Assembly: GCA_964016885.1 (NCBI GenBank)
Contig: OZ024742.1
Location: 237,088,001 to 237,152,000, forward strand
Source: Eledone cirrhosa
Lineage: Eukaryota
Reading direction: 5' to 3'
DNA: 64,000 bases
Both the position numbers and the translations under genes were made by a program. The notes below the pieces were generated by a model. The model was not told the DNA's origin, did no database searches, and saw nothing but the letters and a program-made list of their open reading frames with translations. Shown here one piece after another: positions 57,230 to 64,000 of this stretch (positions are counted from its first letter, which is position 1; each line of letters opens with the position of its first letter).

Positions 57230-59650
57230 AAACAAACGGCCCGATTTGAAGATGTGCCATGCCGGCGACCGATCATCTCTCGTTTGTTCAACACTGGCTT
57301 TCAGGAACAATCAACATGTTTCTGGGTCATTACCCTTCATCATGACTGTATACTTCTGCCACTATATATTTTCAACCGTTACTTTATTTATCTGTTTTAA
57401 TATTTCGCGTTTAAAAACCCTTTATCAGAAAACTATAATAAGAAACTGGCTCGAAGTTTGTGCTTTTGTTGTTATAGGTTCGCTATCGTTCTGCCTTTGT
57501 ATTTATAGTTGCCGGAAGGGATGGGAAAGTGAAATCGTCCGTCCGTGTATACGTGTATACTGACGTGTATACTGTGTGTGCGCGCATGATTTCCTGTCAA
57601 ACATTGTGTGCTTTTGTTTATGTCTTTATGTCAAATTTTTCGATCGAATGTGTCAAGCTGCAATACATTGGATAATATAGCTATTCTGTATTGAGTTATG
57701 TGTTTATGGTTGTATATGCGTGCGTGTGTATGTCAAATGTTGTAATTTTCTGTTAGAGTTGGCTAATTCAGGTGTAAAGAGGTTTAACAATATAAAAGTC
57801 CCTGTATTTATCGCTTTAAATGCGGTATATTGCGTATGGTACCTGTGTCACGAATGGGGCAGTTTGCTAGTGTATTGAAATGTGTTTTAATGTTACCGTG
57901 CGTTGGCTGTTGTTGCCCCTGGGTCGCTTTTGCGATATTTGTTCTCGTTGAAAAAGGCCGGAGTGGGCTAATTATATGTCTAGTCCCTCCGTGCGAATGG
58001 CTCTGCGGATCGCCATGGTTATATTTCCACTGAAATCTGATAGTTTCAGGAAGCAGGTGTTGGAGTCTGTCCTATATTTCCGGCGTTACAAGCCTCTAAG
58101 ACGAATCATGTTGGATGTCAGGTGTCCATTGACTTTTATTACTTCCAAGAAATATATTGTGTGGGTAGCTTTGTAATCCACCTTGCTGCATTTGTTCCGG
58201 ATACGTGTAAATTCATTCCTCACGTATTCTCGATTTAGTACCGAGAGCCGATCTATGACGAACAAACAGGTCTTTGCGGGCGGCTTTCCTGTAGAAGTTT
58301 GTGTGGATGTCACCTTCTTCCGGTACCCTCACTTGGAAGTCGAGTAGGACAGGGATCCAGTGTTGTCAGGGTGTTCTACGCTGAACTGTATATTATCGTC
58401 CACACCCGCGATCATAGTGGATATACTGTCTACCTCTTCACGGGAGGAGGCAAGGATAAGAATATCGTCTATATACCCGATGAAGAAGGGGGATGTGTAG
58501 CAGGTGTTGAGTGTGCGACGTTTCAGTTGGTTCATGTAGGTGATAGCCAGTAGTCCTGATAGGCTGGATCCCATGGGTAGACCTATTTTCTGTTTGTAGG
58601 TGTGATGAAAGGTGAAGTAGGTATTGTCCAAGATGATAAGAGCTGGGTGGGTGGGTAGTGATATGTAGAAGGAGACAACGTCTAGGCTAAATGTGTATCT
58701 ATTATGTCTGAGTTATTCTGATGGTAGTTTGTGGAGTCTATATAATAGGTAACCAGCGCTGCTGATATGTCTAGGAAAGGTGGAAAGTATGGGCTTGACG
58801 ATCTGGGAGATTAACGAGGAGATTTTGTGGAGGGACTCTTCTATGCTAGAGACAATGGATCTAATGTAGAGTACTGGCTTTATAGGTTGTTATTAGGTGA
58901 TAGTCTACTGTTCCTAGTGGTGAAGTGGTTTTGGTATTTATTATGAAGTTTTATCCGCCTACAGATATCAGTCCAGGCCGCAAGGAACATCTTAACATAC
59001 ACGCACCCTGCTTCGGGAAATACATATAGAGATGCAAAAGCTAGAAAGACATAAAAAGCCAGAGAAAAGAACTTTGGCAACCTTAGAATTAAAAAAGGAA
59101 TACTAATAGCTAGGCTTAACCTACACATCAACAACAGATCAGAACTCAGTACGCAATACTTAACATAAAAGTGCACACACGTAACTTCTGACATAATAAT
59201 GCACACATGCATAATAGACAACTCTATCAGACAATTACAACTACACACAACATTCGACATATACACACATGCATACACAAGTCCAAACACATAACTCAGT
59301 CCAGAATAGCTAAATTATCCATTCTATTGCGACTTGACACAACATTTGCATCGAAAATTTTGACAAAAATTATAAATAAAAGCACACAATATTTCACAGG
59401 AAGATGCACACATACACATACAACATGTCAGTTCACAGGCGACTTCACTCTTTCATTACTTCCGGTAGCTATAAATAGACCACCGCTTACAAACAAAGGT
59501 AGAAAAATGGTGAGCCTATACCAACAAAGGCACGAACTTCGAACCAGTTTCTCCTTATAGTCTTTTGACGAAAGGTTTTTAGCCCGAAGTATTAGGACAG
59601 GTAAATAAAATAATAGGTGACACAACCTTCAATTTATTCCAAAATCTACC
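57230..59650. mobile_element. Old Penelope/Poseidon-like PLE, tail-out inverted insertion
   Basis: Minus RT: YKQKIGLPMGSSLS..YIDDIL..FSVE. Plus EN end: RIKKGILI..L.INNRSEL. The 3' UTRs 57380-57750 and 59245-59620 are diverged inverted copies. Confidence 0.75.
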
Positions 59651-61584
59651 ATTCATTTTGCATTGTCGTAACCTTAAAATAACATTGCTTTATACGCTAA
59701 CAAAATGCTTCAAACAAACTACATCTTTTTATATGTATTATTGCATCTATCCTTCCCACTTACTATCGCCCAAACGCCCATCACTATTGCCACCCATAAC
59801 TAATTTTTTCTGCCAATCTTCCATCTTTATTGCTGATCTTCACATTACTCTCCTCCTATTGTTGTATTTTTATCAATCGTTCTATTCACTGACATACATG
59901 GATCGGCTGAAAAGTTCAAACACCAAGATACTCTCATTGAATTACAAAAGAAGGTTTTATTTTTTGACATATTCCCTGGAAAGAAACAATACAATTATTA
60001 TTAGTTTCCTTTATTTTTTTAGCAGCTATTTTATTGGGGTGCTCCATAATTTCTGTTGAAGAGCTGAAAATGTGGGCATATATTGATTTCTAATTTAGGC
60101 ACAAAGTGGGCATATAGTGATTTATAATTTAGGCACAAAGCTAGCAAATTTAAGGGGATGGCAGTTAATTAAATCAAATTTATCGACCCCGGAATAATTG
60201 ACGGTATTTAAACGCAGAATGCAAAGAGCGAGAACACATACCACAGAGAACAATCCACCAACCTCATAAAGAAAGGAAAGGAGCCGGTCGTGAGATAAGA
60301 CTAAGGAAACAATATTTCTATTGTTGAGACTATCTTCCGATCACAACTCCTAGCAGGAGTAAAATGAAATAAAATATTTTGCTCACGTATACTATACGCC
60401 AGCCAGCCTAGGAAACGAACCTATGACCTTATGATCGTGAATCCAACACCCCTAACCTCTAGGCCACCCACTTACACGGCGTAAGATGCGGTCCATTGTA
60501 CTATTTACTTTGTTTTTAACCCAACAACACAGGTACTACTTTTTATTTATTTTATTTCTGAAGACTTTTTCCTTCTTTATAAATTTCTTTCTGTTTATTG
60601 TAAAACTAGTTTGGCAGGATTTGAACTCAGAATGCAACGAGTCAGAATAAACATTGCAAGACGTTTTAATGACTGGATTCGCTACATACATATCAAATAG
60701 TAGCTGAATATTTCAAGTGAAGGTGCGTGACTTAGCTTTAAGGGTGTTCGGCTCATAATTGCATAGTTGTGGCTTTGATTCCCGGCAGCGCGTTGTGTCA
60801 AGAACCTTCGTTTCGCATTACTCTAGTGTCCAACCTGACATTCAAAGAGCCAATCTTGTGTCATGCTGAATCTCCCTCAGAACTAGGTTAAGGCTACACA
60901 TTTGAAAAAAAATTATAGTTGTAATTAAAAGGGTCGAACATTGTTACATACTGTGTTACATTGATTTCCCGTTAAGGACGCCCGTGTCTGTGGAATACTC
61001 AACCACTTCCATGTTAATTTCACAATCATGAAACACTCTTCATCGGAACCGACAGAGATGCAACGCATTTCAATGACATTGTCATAAACCGTGTCACGCT
61101 GAATCTCCCTGAGAACAACAGTATATACGTGTTTGTGGAATACAAACCACTCGCACATTGATTTCACAAACAGGCTGTTCCGTTGTTCAAACAAATGTAA
61201 CACTCCTCGTCGTAACTGATGGAGGTCCAACAAATGTTAACAACCACATACTATTTACACTAAGCTTCCAGCCTAAAGAGAACAACACACATATCACTTT
61301 TAGAAATCTTTACAGAAGAATTTATCTCATGCTTTATAAATCTTCTCTCTGTTGTAAAGAGTTATCTTCTCACCAATGAGTTAACTCTCACAGCACATAC
61401 AGCTGGTCTCAATGAGAGGTTCTAAGTTGGATAAAAATAGAAAAGTAAATCACGAACAAGTATTGAATAACTTCTTTCTTTCTCCAAACTCAGGTAATTT
61501 ATCGATGAAGCAATAATACTGCGATTTTATGCAAGAGGTACTACTAATTCACTACTGTTATCGAAGTATGTTTGTGTGAATATC

Positions 61585-61636
61585 ATATATACATACATAC
61601 ATACATACATACATATACACACATATACACACATAT

Positions 61637-61731
<95 letters not shown>

Positions 61732-61914
61732 GTACATATATATATATATATATATACACATATATGTATATATGTATATAAAAATATGTATATACATATA
61801 TATATATATATATGTATTTATATGCATATATATACATACTATGCATATATATATACGTATGTATATGCATATGTATACATATATGCATGTATATGCATAT
61901 ATATATATATATAC

Positions 61915-61951
<37 letters not shown>

Positions 61952-61973
61952 TATATATATATATATACATACG

Positions 61974-62005
<32 letters not shown>

Positions 62006-62086
62006 TAGTATGTATATATATATATGCATATACATACATATATATATATATGTATATACATATATATATATATATACATATATACA

Positions 62087-62158
<72 letters not shown>

Positions 62159-62278
62159 TACATATATATATATATATGTACATATATACATGTATATACA
62201 TATATGTATATATGTATATATAAATATGTATATATGTATATATATATGTGTGTGTGAGAGAGAGTGTATGTGAGTGTC

Positions 62279-62362
<84 letters not shown>
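61585..62362. repeat. Compound CA/TA/TG microsatellite
   Basis: Direct reading. Confidence 0.9.
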
Positions 62363-62417
62363 GTGCAAATTTGGACGGGAACGAAACAGAGAGGCAGACA
62401 AATAAAGGTTTATTAGG

Positions 62418-62486
<69 letters not shown>

Positions 62487-63054
62487 CCACACAGTGTGCT
62501 ATGCACAAACCTTTCATGAGAAAATACTACAACAACATTGTTGTAGGAATTATAATGTTTTTTCGATCCAAAGCTAAACTATTTTGCTTTTTTCTTTTTT
62601 GTTTTGTTGCTACCTTCTTATTTTTATTTGCAATATTCCTATCACTTTTGGTAATGAAATATCAATAAGAACATTCTAAAAATAGAAGCCTTGTGTGAAT
62701 GAGAGACTAGCTGAGATAAACCAATAAAAATACAACGTGCAGATTATGCTCGAAACTGGTTGTTTACCAACAGAGGATTGAAAAGGAAAATCTCGGTTCA
62801 GTTTCTACAAGCTGAATATTATCACAAAACCTACACAACAATAACAACGACAAAAATACATGTGCATAAACACATATAAACACATAAAGATTGAAATATG
62901 TATTATATAGATGTAGGAATATGGGTATGTAGTTAATGTTCCAGGTACAGTCCTACTGAGTGGCACCTTTTACAAGTGTCTTGTAATATAGACTCGGTCA
63001 GACCAGTAACTTATGAGTGAGGTTTGTTTGACAGACTCTATAGAACCCCACCTA

Positions 63055-63157
<103 letters not shown>

Positions 63158-63166
63158 TCTCTCTCA

Positions 63167-63198
<32 letters not shown>

Positions 63199-63200
<2 letters not shown>

Positions 63201-64000
63201 CGTTTCTGAATTTGTTTAGCAAGATTCTTTATCTGAAAACGTGTGTTGAAACCGATATTGTTATACTTTGGGAGGGTCATGTTGCCAATAAGAAACACAC
63301 GCACCAGAAGCTTTCACTCCAGTTTATTATAAATTTTAAAACAAATTTTTTCCAAAAATTTATAAATTTCCGGTTTATTGGTTAGTTCCACAACCGGACG
63401 GTTGTTCATATATTGTCAAAGTTCTTTCGTCACACATTCTGTGACCTCTTCAGTGACTGTGGATTTTCTTCTTTGTTTTGTGCCTCTCCTTTGTTCTGTC
63501 CTACGCCATCTTGTTTTTGTGTGTGTTGTGTGCTTAGTTTGCGCATGTGTTACATCCGGGTGTCTGTGTGTGTTTTTATTTGTTTATTTATAGTGTCTCA
63601 CCTATGTACACTATATTCTTAAGACTATAGTGTACATAGGTGAGACAGCTCGTAGTATAGGAGAACGGTTAAATGAACACTGGCGAGAGCTTCAAGATAG
63701 AAAAGAATCATCAATACTCCACCAACATGCTAAAATAGAACATAAGGGCAAATTAGAGAACATAGAAATAAAAATAAAATCTACACACAGAAAAGACGCA
63801 ATGTTTAGACAAATCACAGAGGCAATAAACATAAATGAACTCCAACCAAATTAAATAGAAAACATGAATTGAATAGCAACATCACAACTTAGAATTAAGG
63901 ACAAAATGAAAACACACACACAGAACAAACAACCAACCAGTAACATGTAAATAAACAAATAAATAAACAAATAAAAACACACACAGACACCCGGATGTAA
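63199..64000. mobile_element. PLE family A tail-out inverted insertion with GIY-YIG fragment (runs off window)
   Basis: Plus 63630-63890: VYIGETARSIGERLNEH..HQH..EH..RQITEA.NIN...LN. Minus 3' end 63199-63600 with hammerhead-like gtca-CUGAAGA..GAAA..tgac (63415-63457). Confidence 0.85.

Overview
AT-rich, repeat-dominated animal genomic DNA. The SINE families and the dense (TA)n/(CA)n/(GA)n microsatellites resemble octopus (coleoid cephalopod) DNA; this is pattern recognition, not a database result. Almost all long ORFs in the track are microsatellite translations. The only credible host coding sequence is one terminal exon (48433-48938, +) encoding a transmembrane helix and a Tyr-motif cytoplasmic tail. 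The dominant signal is Penelope-like retroelements (PLEs) of several lineages (Hydra-like with YRDD RT and CxCx5C linker; Neptune-like; Penelope/Poseidon-like). They sit inside (TA)n tracts, usually as tail-out inverted structures from about 190 bp to two ~5 kb near-perfect palindromes (35092-39990, 40333-45516). In each, one arm keeps the full 3' tail and the other stops at a family-specific internal site, usually TA-like. At least 12 distinct hammerhead-ribozyme-like motifs can be folded by eye, including U3:A8 core variants and forms with a palindromic stem III. There are two non-coding circularly permuted units with the same insertion anatomy: a 474-nt retrozyme-like unit and a 260-nt unit carrying a tRNA-like cloverleaf. 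Relics of R4/Dong, Vingi, RTE and CRE LINEs, mariner, Tigger and hAT MITEs, Helitrons and tRNA-SINEs fill the rest.
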